In this document: piece by piece, positions 39,549 to 49,684 of the stretch
How positions within the stretch are numbered: position 1 is the first letter of the stretch
How the letters are laid out: each line of letters opens with the position of its first letter
DNA from: an uncultured Rikenellaceae bacterium
GTDB lineage: Bacteria > Bacteroidota > Bacteroidia > Bacteroidales > VadinHA17
Reading direction: 5' to 3'
DNA length: 64,000 bases
NCBI GenBank assembly: GCA_964421975.1
Contig: CAYQZL010000002.1
Coordinates: forward strand, 7,291 to 71,290
Program-made: the position numbers and the translations under genes
Notes under the pieces: generated by a model
What the model was told of the DNA's origin: nothing
The model's database searches: none
Seen by the model: the letters and a program-made list of their open reading frames with translations, nothing else

Positions 39549-42011
39549 CTATTCCCTGAAAAAGATCCTCTTTACACGTGAAGGTATTGAAGTAAGTATC
39601 TCATAGGGTATGGTCTGACACCTGTCCGCTATTTCATTTATACTTATATTGGGACCGAATATTTCAGCTTCATCTCCCTCCCCGGCTCCGATGTCTGTTA
39701 TATCAGCCATACACATGTCCATGCATATATTACCGATCAGAGGTACTCTTCTGTTCTTTATAAAAAGTGATCCATTTCTGTTTCCCAGCTTTCTGTTCAG
39801 GCCATCGGCATATCCGGCAGGTAAAATTGCTATAATACGATCCTTTCCCGACACATCCGCACAACCATATCCGACCGGTTCTCCGGCAGGTATCCTTTTT
39901 ACCTGGGAAATCCTTGTAATAAATCTTCCTGCAGGTTTAAGATTTGGCCCGTTGCCGTCGCTGATACCATATATTCCGATACCCGGCCTGACCATTTCGA
40001 AGTGATACTCAGGAAAGCGGATAATGGCCGATGAATTGCAAATATGCCTCATGAAAGAATAACCTGTTGCTTCTTTAATCTTTTCTGCAGCAGCAAGGAA
40101 CAGTTTCGCCTGCCTGTGTGTGAAATCATCAAAATGCGGATTTTCACTTGCTGCAAAGTGAGAAAAGACTGAAATTATTTTCAGAGTTTCACAGCTTCTC
40201 AACAGATATGTCAGCTTGTCAATGTCCTCAGGCATAAAACCAAGTCTGTGCATTCCGCTGTCGATCTTGATATGTACAGGATAATTCACAAGGCCGTGCC
40301 TTGACGCGAGATCCCGGAACCTTTCAAATGATCCCTGACTGAAGAGTTCAGGTTCCAGATCATATTTGATCATCTGTTCAAATGCAACCGGATCGGGATT
40401 CATAACGATCACCGGAATGGTAACACCTGCATTTCTGAGTTCTATACCCTCATCTGCAATTGCCACACCCAGATAGCTGACTCTGTGGTATTCAAGCAAT
40501 GATGCTATTTCGGCCGGACCTGCACCATAGGCAAAAGCTTTTACCATTGCCATAATGCGGGTACCGGGACTTATATGTCTTCTGTATTCATTGAGATTAT
40601 GTGCAATGGCATCAAGATTCACTTCCAGCAATGTCTGATGTACCTGTTGTTCCAGAATAGCTCCGATCTTCTCAAACTCAAAGCGCCGTGCCCCTTTAAG
40701 AAGTATTATTTCATCCCTGAATCCGGACGGTGTGAATTTTTGAACAAATTCGTCAGTTGAATAATAGAACTCCTTATTCCCCCTGAACAGAGAACTGTTC
40801 GCCGAGAGTAAAGGACCAATCCCGATGAATCTTTCAATCCCGTTTCTCAGAATCAGGTCTGCAATTTCACCATAGAGCTCTTTCTCATCCCTTCCGCTCT
40901 GAACGAAATCCGAGAGGACTAGAGTTCTCTTCCTGTTATTCTGCACCCTGAGGTAATCAAGTGCCATCCCGAGAGATCCCGGATCAGAATTGTAATAGTC
41001 TTCAATAAGCTGACAGTTATTGATGCCCGCTTTCATTTCCATTCTCATCGCGACAGAAACGAGAGAAGCAAGTCCTTTTCTTATTGTCTCCTCATTTGTT
41101 CCCAGTGCAAGACATACACATGCTACTGTTATCGCATTATCGACCGAGGCACGATCAATAAAGGGTATTATGAAATGGTATTCCCTGTTGTTAAATGTCA
41201 TACGGATCTTTGTCCGCCCTCCTCCGGCTGATTCCTTTGTGACCTTTATTGCCGCTTCATCACTGCCTGCTGACCAGTCGATGAGCAGTTCCTGATTACA
41301 TATCTTCCGGCTGATTATCAGGTCATGAATGATTTTATGATCCCGGCAATAGATCAGAACCGGTGAATCAGCGAACAGCCTGAGCTTTTCTGCAGCTTTT
41401 TCTTCAATACTGCTGAAGTTTTCACTGTGTGCATCACCGATATTTGTTATTATGCCTATATCCGGTTCAATGATCTCCTTCAGTCTGTCCATTTCGCCCG
41501 GAAGTGATATCCCGGCTTCAAATATTCCGTATTTATATTTTTCATCCAGTTTCAGAACAGAAAGCGGAACACCTGTCTGGGAATTATAGCTTCTGGGGCT
41601 TCTGACAACAGGGACAGACATGCCAAGGATATCTGCAAGCCATTCCTTGACAATTGTCTTTCCCGCACTCCCGGTAACTGCTATAACCGGTGACCTGAAT
41701 GTTTTCCTTACATGCGCGGCAAGAAGCTGCAGGGCTTTCACGGAATTATCTGTGACGATAATTGCTGCTCCATGAAATCCTGAAATTTCTGAAGGAAGCC
41801 TTTCAACAATGAAGACCCTTACACCTACATTATACAGGCTTTCCAGGAAGCTGTGGCCGTCATGGTGCTTTCCGCTTATGGCAAAAAATACAAGTCCGCC
41901 AGTAACATTAATGTTACGGCTGTCAGTTATAACATCAGTTACCTGAAGCTCCGGGTCCCCGGTCAGAGTCCCGTTTACAATCCGTGCAATTTCAGCAGAG
42001 GTAAATTTCAA
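39549..42011 (-). CDS. murF: bifunctional UDP-MurNAc-tripeptide--D-Ala-D-Ala ligase (MurF) / alanine racemase (Alr) fusion
   Basis: 820 aa. N-terminal Mur ligase domain (VTGSAGKTIVKEW, ITNIGDAHSENF). C-terminal PLP racemase domain (MAMVKAFAYGAG with the PLP Lys, VRPGIGIYG, PVGYG). Confidence 0.88.
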   Translation of the reverse strand: MKFTSAEIARIVNGTLTGDPELQVTDVITDSRNINVTGGLVFFAISGKHHDGHSFLESLYNVGVRVFIVERLPSEISGFHGAAIIVTDNSVKALQLLAAHVRKTFRSPVIAVTGSAGKTIVKEWLADILGMSVPVVRSPRSYNSQTGVPLSVLKLDEKYKYGIFEAGISLPGEMDRLKEIIEPDIGIITNIGDAHSENFSSIEEKAAEKLRLFADSPVLIYCRDHKIIHDLIISRKICNQELLIDWSAGSDEAAIKVTKESAGGGRTKIRMTFNNREYHFIIPFIDRASVDNAITVACVCLALGTNEETIRKGLASLVSVAMRMEMKAGINNCQLIEDYYNSDPGSLGMALDYLRVQNNRKRTLVLSDFVQSGRDEKELYGEIADLILRNGIERFIGIGPLLSANSSLFRGNKEFYYSTDEFVQKFTPSGFRDEIILLKGARRFEFEKIGAILEQQVHQTLLEVNLDAIAHNLNEYRRHISPGTRIMAMVKAFAYGAGPAEIASLLEYHRVSYLGVAIADEGIELRNAGVTIPVIVMNPDPVAFEQMIKYDLEPELFSQGSFERFRDLASRHGLVNYPVHIKIDSGMHRLGFMPEDIDKLTYLLRSCETLKIISVFSHFAASENPHFDDFTHRQAKLFLAAAEKIKEATGYSFMRHICNSSAIIRFPEYHFEMVRPGIGIYGISDGNGPNLKPAGRFITRISQVKRIPAGEPVGYGCADVSGKDRIIAILPAGYADGLNRKLGNRNGSLFIKNRRVPLIGNICMDMCMADITDIGAGEGDEAEIFGPNISINEIADRCQTIPYEILTSIPSRVKRIFFRE

Positions 42012-42072
42012 GAAGGTATCTTTAAGAGAGATGTAATCTGTTTAATTCAAAAATGTACAGTATTTACCCAAT

Positions 42073-42171
42073 CCCTTTGTGTCCCTTTGTGTTTACCTTT
42101 GTGTCCTTTGTGGTTAAATTAAATTTTACTTAACCACAAAGAGCACTAAGTTCACACGAAGGACACAAAGG
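42073..42171. repeat. imperfect palindrome built from CTTNGTG units (4 units per arm) around a 12-nt AT loop
   Basis: Left arm: CCCTTTGTGT CCCTTTGTGT TTACCTTTGTGT CCTTTGTGGTTAA. Right arm (reverse complement): CCTTTGTGT CCTTCGTGTGAA CTTAGTGCT CTTTGTGGTTAA. The perfect 12-bp core stem pairs 42106-42117 with 42130-42141. Confidence 0.8.
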
Positions 42172-42180
42172 TCATTGTAC

Positions 42181-42765
42181 TTAATCATTTTCTTTTGCAA
42201 TATTATAACAAGTTCTGCAAAGCGGTTCATATTTGTCTTTTTCACCCAGCACCACCACCTGCTCCTCATCCGATTTCCTGAAAGAATAGTGTGCAAGGTT
42301 TCCGCAATGCATACAGATTGCATGAACTTTTGTAACAAATTCTGCCACAGCCATAAGCCCGGGCAGCGGTCCAAAAGGTTTTCCCATAAAATCCATATCC
42401 AGTCCGGCCACAACCACCCTTATGCCATTATCCGCAAGAGTGTTACAGATATCAATGATCGAATTGTCGAAAAACTGCGCTTCATCTATACCAACAACAT
42501 CCACATTTCCGGAAAGAAGAAGAATCGCTGAAGGATTGTCCACCGGAGTGGATACTATAGATTTATCATCATGAGAAACAATCCTGGTTTCCGAATAACG
42601 TTTATCCAGTGAAGGTTTGAAGATCTCGACCCTCAATCCCGCAAACTGGGCTCTTCTAAGCCTGCGGATCAGTTCTTCGGTTTTCCCGGAAAACATGGAA
42701 CCGGTGATCACTTCTATCGCTCCCCGTTTACCGGTCGATCTGACCGAATTTTCAAGTACATCCAT
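42181..42765 (-). CDS. tdk: thymidine kinase
   Basis: 194 aa. P-loop [24 protein letters not shown] and zinc-ribbon cysteines (CMHCG .. CRTCY). Confidence 0.93.
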   Translation of the reverse strand: MDVLENSVRSTGKRGAIEVITGSMFSGKTEELIRRLRRAQFAGLRVEIFKPSLDKRYSETRIVSHDDKSIVSTPVDNPSAILLLSGNVDVVGIDEAQFFDNSIIDICNTLADNGIRVVVAGLDMDFMGKPFGPLPGLMAVAEFVTKVHAICMHCGNLAHYSFRKSDEEQVVVLGEKDKYEPLCRTCYNIAKEND

Positions 42766-42831
42766 TGGTTTAATATCAGCAGTTGTGCACCAAATTGCAA
42801 ATATAATCCGTTATGTAGCTGGAATTATACT

Positions 42832-42839
42832 TATTTTTG
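42832..42839 (+). promoter_or_regulatory. candidate -7 promoter box (TATTTTTG)
   Basis: Matches TAnnTTTG, 42 nt upstream of the ATG at 42881. Confidence 0.35.
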
Positions 42840-42880
42840 CAAAGTAAGTTAATTGGTTTGTTTTAATAACAATAATAGTC

Positions 42881-43567
42881 ATGGATTTCAATGCAACAGT
42901 TGATCTGATCATCAGGGAGCTCAATGAAGCTGTGGAAATAATTGAAGATTTACGGAATTACAAGGATGTTCCTTCCCTGCAGGTAGAGCTTGCAAAATCC
43001 AAATGCAGGAATGCTGCTGAAGTGATACGTCTGCTAAAGACCATTCAGGACAAGGATAATTCTGTTAAACAGGAAACACCAATCCGCGTTGCTGAAGAGA
43101 AACCCTTTGCCCGTGAACCTGAGATCATCAGCAGTCCTGAAAAAGCTGAAAAAAAACCTGAGATAAGGCAACCTGAACCTCCGCCGGTAAAAGCAAGACA
43201 ACCCGTAACAGCAAAAAAGAAACCTGATACCATTACCATTGCCGATTCTTTCAGCCCACGAACAGACAGTATCAATGAAAAGCTTGGCGTACGGAAGGAG
43301 GATGACGGCAGAGGTGATATTATAAAAACCATACCCATAGGCAGACTGTCGGAAGCAATCGGGATAAATGACAAATTCCTTTTCATAAGAGAACTTTTCG
43401 ATGGCAACTCCGAAATGTACAACAATGTAATCTCCAATCTCGACAGATCTTCAAACCTTGAAGATGCCAGGGCAATTATTATGAAATATGCCGGGAATGA
43501 AGGTAAAAATGAAGCCGCAAAACAACTTATCGACCTTGTAAAAAGAAAATTCCAGGCTGATGAGTAA
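42881..43567 (+). CDS. hypothetical protein (helical N-terminus, Pro/Lys/Glu-rich linker, conserved-looking C-terminal domain)
   Basis: 228-aa ORF whose stop overlaps the rsmI start by 8 nt. The linker is EKAEKKPEIRQPEPPPVKARQPVTAKKKP. No motif was recognised. Confidence 0.55.
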   Translation: MDFNATVDLIIRELNEAVEIIEDLRNYKDVPSLQVELAKSKCRNAAEVIRLLKTIQDKDNSVKQETPIRVAEEKPFAREPEIISSPEKAEKKPEIRQPEPPPVKARQPVTAKKKPDTITIADSFSPRTDSINEKLGVRKEDDGRGDIIKTIPIGRLSEAIGINDKFLFIRELFDGNSEMYNNVISNLDRSSNLEDARAIIMKYAGNEGKNEAAKQLIDLVKRKFQADE

Positions 43568-44234
43568 ATTATTTCTTGTACCGACTCCTATCGGGAACCT
43601 TAAAGATATTACCTACAGGGCTGTCGAGACCCTCCTTACCGTAGATATCATTCTTGCCGAAGACACAAGACATGCCGGGACCCTTCTGAAACACTATAAT
43701 ATAAGGTCAAAACTGCTGTCACACCATAAATTCAACGAGCATAATGCCGTTGATGAAGTCTGTACAATGATTTCGTCAGGTAAAACAGTTGCACTGATTT
43801 CCGATGCCGGAACACCTGGGATCTCTGATCCCGGATTTCTGCTTGTACGAAAATGCATTGAGAAAGGTATACCGGTTGAGACACTCCCGGGTCCTTCAGC
43901 ATTGATCCCGGCCCTCGTCAATTCAGGACTTCCTTCCGATCGTTTCAGTTTCGAAGGATTCCTTCCGGCAAAAAAAGGAAGACAAAAAAGGCTGTCATCC
44001 CTTGAAGAGGAGACAAGGACGATGATATTTTACGAATCGCCCTACAGACTGGTAAAAACCCTTGATGAAATGGCAGTACATTTCAGCCCTGAACGCCAGG
44101 CATCTGTTTCAAGAGAAATAAGTAAGATCTATGAAGAAACAATCAGGGGTTCCCTGTCATTCCTCTCAGATCATTACAGAAACAAGACTCCAAAGGGTGA
44201 AATAGTAATAGTAGTATCCGGTAAAAAAGAGTAA
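43560..44234 (+). CDS. rsmI: 16S rRNA (cytidine1402-2'-O)-methyltransferase RsmI
   Basis: 224 aa. LFLVPTPIGNLKDITYRAVETL, AEDTRH, SDAGTPGISDPG and YESPYR are RsmI family hallmarks. Confidence 0.92.
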   Translation: MSKLFLVPTPIGNLKDITYRAVETLLTVDIILAEDTRHAGTLLKHYNIRSKLLSHHKFNEHNAVDEVCTMISSGKTVALISDAGTPGISDPGFLLVRKCIEKGIPVETLPGPSALIPALVNSGLPSDRFSFEGFLPAKKGRQKRLSSLEEETRTMIFYESPYRLVKTLDEMAVHFSPERQASVSREISKIYEETIRGSLSFLSDHYRNKTPKGEIVIVVSGKKE

Positions 44235-44240
44235 GCCCAT

Positions 44241-46937
44241 ATGTATCGTGCATTTATAATCTCCTTCCTCCTGTTTTTATCTTCAGCCATTTCCCATTCA
44301 CAGATCCTAAAAGGCAGGATAACAAATGAATCGGGGGATCCTGTTCCTTATTCAACAGTATTCATTCAGGAACTAAGACAGGGAACAACCGCAAATACAA
44401 AAGGAGATTATGAGCTGAAACTTCCTGCAGGAAAATATCTGGTAACATATCAGAGCCTGGGATATTCACCTGTTTTTTATGATATCATAATAAAAGAAGG
44501 AACTGTATTAAAGGATGTCCGGCTCCCGGTTCAGTATTATGAGATCCCGGAGGTAAGGATATCAGCATCAGGAGAAGATCCTGCATATAATATAATGAGA
44601 AAAGCCATCGGGATGGCACCTTATTATCTGAACCATATCAGCTCCTACAAAGCAGAGGTATATATCAAAGGAAATCTGGTTTTCAAAAGGATCCCGAAAA
44701 TAGTACAGCGCTCAATCAGAATGGATTCCGGGGGAACTGAATCCTCCGGAGGCTCTCCCATAAAGGAAGGAGAGGTTTATATGATGGAATCCTATAATGA
44801 AATTGAATTTAATGCACCCGATACATATCACCAGAGAGTTATCTCGGTTAACAGTACTTTCCCCGATCAGGGTGAAAATGTTTCTCCGATGGATATCGTT
44901 CAGGCAAGCTTTTACCAGCCTGTGATAGCTGATATTGCAATTTCTCCTTTGTCACCCCAGGCATTTTCATACTACCGGTTCAAATACCTGGGAGCAACGC
45001 TTCAGGGGAACAATACAGTCAGCAAGATACAGGTTACCCCCAGAATGAAAAGTCAGCAGCTTTTCGAAGGTACAATCTATATCATCGAAGATCTGTGGTG
45101 CCTGCACAGCCTTGATCTCAGGAACAATAACCTGGCAGGCAAAATAAGTATACAACAGGTCTATATCCCTGTTGAAGATGATACATGGATGCCTGTAAGC
45201 CTGAAATTTGAAATGGAAATAAGCATACTCGGATTCAGGGCAAATGCAGGTTACGGTACCTCAATGAAATATTCCGCGGTAGTACCGGACAAATCACTGA
45301 AAAAGCCGGGACTGGGTGTTGAATCAGTTTCATCTGTCGTTTCTCCATCTGTTTCGGAAAATGAAGCTCCTGTCTCAAAACAACAGGAAAAAATCGAAAA
45401 GATCATGCAGAAAGATGAGCTTACGAACCGTGATATGATAACCATGGCCCGCCTGATGAACAGGGAAACCCGTGACAAGAGCCCTGATTCCATAAAAAAA
45501 AATCTTGAGATCAGGGACAATACGACAAGAATAATTGAAAAAGATGCAGCCAGGAAGGATAGCGCATACTGGGCTGAGATAAGACCTATCCCTCTTTCCG
45601 ATGCTGAAATGACGAGTATCAGGGTGCGCGACAGTATCAATAACAGAAAGCTGATGAAGGTGAGAGAAACACCGAAAGATTCAATACCACAGGACCAGGG
45701 TAAAAAGAAAAGCAGGTTTACTGCTGCTTTGAAAAAGGTGACCTCAGGACATACCTGGTCAGATACAAGCGGACTGCATTTCACATACGGAGGCCTTATC
45801 GATACGGATAATTTACGATTCAATCCGGTTGACGGATTTGTTTATGGCCTTGATTTCAGATTATCAAAGAATTTCCGGAACAGCGGGTCCTTTTATATCG
45901 CCCCCGAAACAGATTATGCTTTCAGCCGTGAAAAACTGATGTGGAGAATTAACAGCGGATACAGCTTTAAACAAAACGGATCAGGATCATTGTATCTGCG
46001 AACAGGATCGATCAGTAATGATATCTCAACAGGAGGAAGTATAAACAGTTTTCTTAACACAATAACCTCACTCTTCCTGAAAGAAAATCACCTGAGACTG
46101 TATGAATCAAACTACATTTATGCAGGTTATCGAAGTGAGATCGCAAACGGACTCAGGATGGATCTGTCAGCAGGATACGATAACAGAAAAGTACTGGAAA
46201 ACAACAGCGGTTTTTCTTTCTTCAGGAAATCTGAAGAATATGCACCCAATATACCCGGCAACAGATTTCTTGCTGAGGATTCCGATCCGCTGCACTGGCT
46301 TTATGATCAGAAACATTATGAATTTTCTGCAGATTTCCGCTGGCTACCCCGGCAAAGATACCGGATGAATAATGGAATTAAAATACCCGGGGGATCTGAC
46401 TGGCCTGAATTCAAAATACAGTGGAAACATGGGATAAACAGTTATACTGAGCCGGCAGAAGGCTGGAGACATTTCGACATGATCAGGTTCGAAGCATCAA
46501 AGACACATGAATCAGGTGCATTCAGTGAATTAAAGTGGCGTTTCAGAACGGGAGGATTTCTCAATAATAAATATGTCCCCTTCTATGATTTCTTCCATTT
46601 TAACAGCCAGCCCTTAAAGGTATTGCTGAATGATTATCAGGATGCATTTTATCTTCCGGATTATTATTCTCTCAGCACTCCCGGACCATTTGGAGAGGTC
46701 CATCTGAAATATACAACACCATATTTTTTGCTTAAATATCTTCCCGGGATCAGTAATACACTGATAAGGGAAAACATAATCTTTTCCTGGCTCGGTTCCG
46801 GGAATAGTCCTCATTACACTGAAATAGGCTACAGTCTTACAGAGATATTTCTCCTGGGAGAAGCAGGTATCTATGCAGGTTTTGATGATCTCAGGTTCAG
46901 GAATATAGGATTCCGTATAATCCTGAAGTTCGACTGA
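44241..46937 (+). CDS. carboxypeptidase-regulatory-like (CarbopepD_reg) domain protein with large C-terminal domain (DUF5686-like)
   Basis: 898 aa with a signal peptide. The N-terminal CarbopepD_reg-type fold is LKGRITNESGDPVPYSTVFIQELRQGTTANTKGDYELKLPAGKYLVTYQSLGY. The rest is beta-rich. The DUF5686 assignment is from memory of this architecture. Confidence 0.6.
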   Translation: MYRAFIISFLLFLSSAISHSQILKGRITNESGDPVPYSTVFIQELRQGTTANTKGDYELKLPAGKYLVTYQSLGYSPVFYDIIIKEGTVLKDVRLPVQYYEIPEVRISASGEDPAYNIMRKAIGMAPYYLNHISSYKAEVYIKGNLVFKRIPKIVQRSIRMDSGGTESSGGSPIKEGEVYMMESYNEIEFNAPDTYHQRVISVNSTFPDQGENVSPMDIVQASFYQPVIADIAISPLSPQAFSYYRFKYLGATLQGNNTVSKIQVTPRMKSQQLFEGTIYIIEDLWCLHSLDLRNNNLAGKISIQQVYIPVEDDTWMPVSLKFEMEISILGFRANAGYGTSMKYSAVVPDKSLKKPGLGVESVSSVVSPSVSENEAPVSKQQEKIEKIMQKDELTNRDMITMARLMNRETRDKSPDSIKKNLEIRDNTTRIIEKDAARKDSAYWAEIRPIPLSDAEMTSIRVRDSINNRKLMKVRETPKDSIPQDQGKKKSRFTAALKKVTSGHTWSDTSGLHFTYGGLIDTDNLRFNPVDGFVYGLDFRLSKNFRNSGSFYIAPETDYAFSREKLMWRINSGYSFKQNGSGSLYLRTGSISNDISTGGSINSFLNTITSLFLKENHLRLYESNYIYAGYRSEIANGLRMDLSAGYDNRKVLENNSGFSFFRKSEEYAPNIPGNRFLAEDSDPLHWLYDQKHYEFSADFRWLPRQRYRMNNGIKIPGGSDWPEFKIQWKHGINSYTEPAEGWRHFDMIRFEASKTHESGAFSELKWRFRTGGFLNNKYVPFYDFFHFNSQPLKVLLNDYQDAFYLPDYYSLSTPGPFGEVHLKYTTPYFLLKYLPGISNTLIRENIIFSWLGSGNSPHYTEIGYSLTEIFLLGEAGIYAGFDDLRFRNIGFRIILKFD

Positions 46938-46948
46938 ACCTGGAGGAA

Positions 46949-48469
46949 TTAAGCAAACGGCGGTTCATCATTGTAATCATGTTCGCGGTCGAATTCATTT
47001 CCATGATCCCTGAAGCGGTCATGATTCATCTTTGATCCAAGTGTTATGCTCTGTGTACCGTTTATTTCGGGAACTGCGTCAATATCGAATTCATCCATAT
47101 CCACAAACTGTGCTTTCTCTTCCCTGAACCTGAGCCTTACATCATCGACAGGGCCGTTACGGTTCTTTGCCAGGATGATTTCGGCAATTCCCTTTGTTGA
47201 TGATCCGTCATCAAATGTGAGCATGCCGAATTTCTCCTGGCGGTGAATGAACACAACCATATCGGCATCCTGTTCTATTGCTCCCGATTCTCTCAGGTCT
47301 GAAAGAAGCGGACGCTTGGTGCCACCACGCATCTCTACCGACCGGTTAAGCTGGGAAAGTGCAATGATTGGAACATTAAGCTCTTTTGCAATACTTTTCA
47401 GTGAACGTGAAATATTGCTTACCTCCTGTTCACGGCTGCCGGCATTGTCGGGCCCTGACATCAGCTGAAGATAGTCGACGATCACAATATCAAGCTTATG
47501 CTGAGCCATCAGCCTCCGGCATTTTGCCCTTAGCTCAAATATTGAAATAGCAGGTGTGTCGTCTATATAGATCGGAGCCTGTACCAGTTTCTTTATCCTT
47601 GTATCAAGCTGTTTCCACTCCTCTTCCGTTAGTCTGCCATTCCTGATCTTGTCACCCGCGATATCTGTCTCCGCTATGATCAGCCTGTTAACGAGCTGTA
47701 TCGATGACATTTCACAACTGAATATTGCAACCTTTTTTCCATGGTCGATGGCCATATTTCTTGCCATTGAAAGCGCAAAAGCCGTCTTCCCCATCGAAGG
47801 TCTGGCCGCAATAATAACCAGTTCAGACTTCTGCCAACCCGAGGTAAGCCTGTCCAGCTTTGTAAATCCCGACGGAATACCGACCAGGGCATCTTCTCTC
47901 TTTCCTGCTTCCTCAATCTCACGTATAGCTTCCCTGATGACCATGTTTATCGGAGATACTTCTCTTTTAATATTACCTTCCGCAATCTGGAAAAGCTCAT
48001 TCTCTGAATAATCAAGAAGTTCCGTAACATCATATGTATCGTCAAATGCCCTTGTCTGGATCTCTGTTGACACCCTTATCAGTTCCCTCTGGATGAACTT
48101 CTGGGCAACTATCCTTGCATGATAATCGACATTTGCTGCCGAAACGACCTTTGAGGTGAGTTGTGACAGATATACAGGGCCTCCGGCGCCTTCAAGCTCA
48201 TTATGCGCCCTCAGCTCTTCGGTAACAGTATACAGATCTACCGGATATTCCCGGGCTGACAGATCCGAAATAGCTTTGAATATCTTCCTGTGGGAATCCC
48301 TGTAAAAACTCTCCGGCCTGAGTATATCAAGTATCGCGATCACGGCTTCTTTCTCAAGCATTATTGCTCCCAATACCGCTTCCTCCATATCGATAGCCTG
48401 CGGTGGTACCTTCCCCAGATCGGGTAAAGCCGTTACAACAGGCTTACTGATCTTTGTCTGCTTTGCCAT
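46949..48469 (-). CDS. dnaB: replicative DNA helicase DnaB
   Basis: 506 aa. PPQAIDMEEAVLGAIMLE, Walker A ARPSMGKTAFAL, IVVDYLQLM, LSQLNRSVE and RESGAIEQDAD. Confidence 0.96.
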   Translation of the reverse strand: MAKQTKISKPVVTALPDLGKVPPQAIDMEEAVLGAIMLEKEAVIAILDILRPESFYRDSHRKIFKAISDLSAREYPVDLYTVTEELRAHNELEGAGGPVYLSQLTSKVVSAANVDYHARIVAQKFIQRELIRVSTEIQTRAFDDTYDVTELLDYSENELFQIAEGNIKREVSPINMVIREAIREIEEAGKREDALVGIPSGFTKLDRLTSGWQKSELVIIAARPSMGKTAFALSMARNMAIDHGKKVAIFSCEMSSIQLVNRLIIAETDIAGDKIRNGRLTEEEWKQLDTRIKKLVQAPIYIDDTPAISIFELRAKCRRLMAQHKLDIVIVDYLQLMSGPDNAGSREQEVSNISRSLKSIAKELNVPIIALSQLNRSVEMRGGTKRPLLSDLRESGAIEQDADMVVFIHRQEKFGMLTFDDGSSTKGIAEIILAKNRNGPVDDVRLRFREEKAQFVDMDEFDIDAVPEINGTQSITLGSKMNHDRFRDHGNEFDREHDYNDEPPFA

Positions 48470-48863
48470 GAACTTATACTACTTATTATCAATTGATTAA
48501 AAGATAACAGAATAAAAAATTGTACAGGCTTCAAAGGTAAATATTACAAGGTATCTTAACCCGGAATAAGCTATTTTTATTACAAACAATTTCTGTTAAA
48601 AACTTGTTGAAAAAAGACAGGGCTGTATCCTGGGAAAGAATTTATATTTTTCTCACTTATTTTCTTAATCTATTGTATTTCTGAGTGTTACCTCGTATTG
48701 AGCCTGGTAATTTTTCCCGGCGGAAATGTGAGCACAATCTGAGAACAGTCAGGCATGAAGGATCAGCAACTTACAGGAATTAAAAAGGATTTAGGTAATC
48801 AGAAAGCGTTAAGTGGTAAGCGGCAAGATAAATTATTATATTTTTACGAAAAATACCGGAGAT

Positions 48864-49682
48864 ATGATTTCGTTCCCGACAGCAAAGATCAACATAGGAT
48901 TAAGGGTAACAGGGAAGCGTCATGACGGATTCCATGATATTGAAACCATATTTTATCCGGTAGGTTTGTGTGATGCACTTGAGTTTGTGGTTAATCCGGA
49001 TAATGTAAGGGAAGATGAACTTGTTGTTACCGGTATAAATATCGGACCGAGGCCAAAGGAGAATCTGGTAATGAGAGCTCTGAAAAAGATGCGTGAGTAT
49101 TACAAAGTCCCTTTCCTCAGGATCCATCTTCACAAAAAGATACCGGCAGCAGCCGGTCTGGGTGGTGGATCATCCGATGCCGCCTGTATCCTGAAAGCAA
49201 TCAATAAGCGGTTCGGATTCGGTATCGATACACCGGTACTCAGGAAAATTGCCCTTGAGATCGGCAGTGACTGTCCGTTCTTTATCGATCCTGTCCCGTC
49301 ATTTGCAAGGGGAAGGGGTGAAATAATGAGTCCCGCAGCCGTAATCCCTCCCGGATTCAGGATAGTGCTTGCAAATCCTGGTATCAGGATCAGCACAAGG
49401 GATGCATATAATAACTGTATACCGGCAAAACCTGAAACGAGCCTTGAAGAACTGATAAAACTGCATCCTTCGGAATGGAAGGATGTAATTGTGAACGATT
49501 TTGAACAATATGTATTTAAGCTATATCCCGAAACAGAAGATATAAAAAGGTCTTTTTACCGTGCAGGAGCTCTTTACAGCTCAATGTCGGGAAGCGGATC
49601 AACGGTATATGGCATATTCAGGGATAAGATTGATATCCCCGACCGGATAGTACCCTTTGTGATTTATGAGGGTGATCTCTGA
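48864..49682 (+). CDS. ispE: 4-(cytidine 5'-diphospho)-2-C-methyl-D-erythritol kinase IspE
   Basis: AKINIGLRVTGKRHDGFHDIETIF and the GHMP motif KKIPAAAGLGGGSSDAA. The Met at 48864 is preferred to the GTG at 48813 given by the track. Confidence 0.9.
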   Translation: MISFPTAKINIGLRVTGKRHDGFHDIETIFYPVGLCDALEFVVNPDNVREDELVVTGINIGPRPKENLVMRALKKMREYYKVPFLRIHLHKKIPAAAGLGGGSSDAACILKAINKRFGFGIDTPVLRKIALEIGSDCPFFIDPVPSFARGRGEIMSPAAVIPPGFRIVLANPGIRISTRDAYNNCIPAKPETSLEELIKLHPSEWKDVIVNDFEQYVFKLYPETEDIKRSFYRAGALYSSMSGSGSTVYGIFRDKIDIPDRIVPFVIYEGDL

Positions 49683-49684
49683 AC

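Noticed and set aside
42126-42531. ORFs 42126..42413 (-) and 42175..42531 (+) overlapping tdk and the palindromic repeat; also 41853..42122 (+), which translates the repeat as LCVPLCLPLCPLW
   Set aside because: They overlap the well-supported tdk and murF-alr frames, or are simply translations of the CTTNGTG repeat units.
45251-45823. 190-aa minus-strand ORF inside the CarbopepD_reg/DUF5686-like gene
   Set aside because: It is a Ser/Leu/Phe-rich antisense shadow of a Lys/Glu/Asp-rich low-complexity stretch of the 898-aa plus-strand protein. It has no signal or motif of its own.
48470-48863. Long (~390 bp) divergent dnaB/ispE intergenic region, examined for an ncRNA or small gene. It includes a 56-aa ORF at 48755..48925.
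   Set aside because: I could see no convincing stem-loop architecture, tRNA-like T-arm or conserved ncRNA motif (RNase P, tmRNA, SRP, 6S). The 56-aa ORF runs into ispE out of frame and has no recognisable features. The region most likely holds two divergent promoters. A covariance-model scan (Rfam) would be the decisive check.
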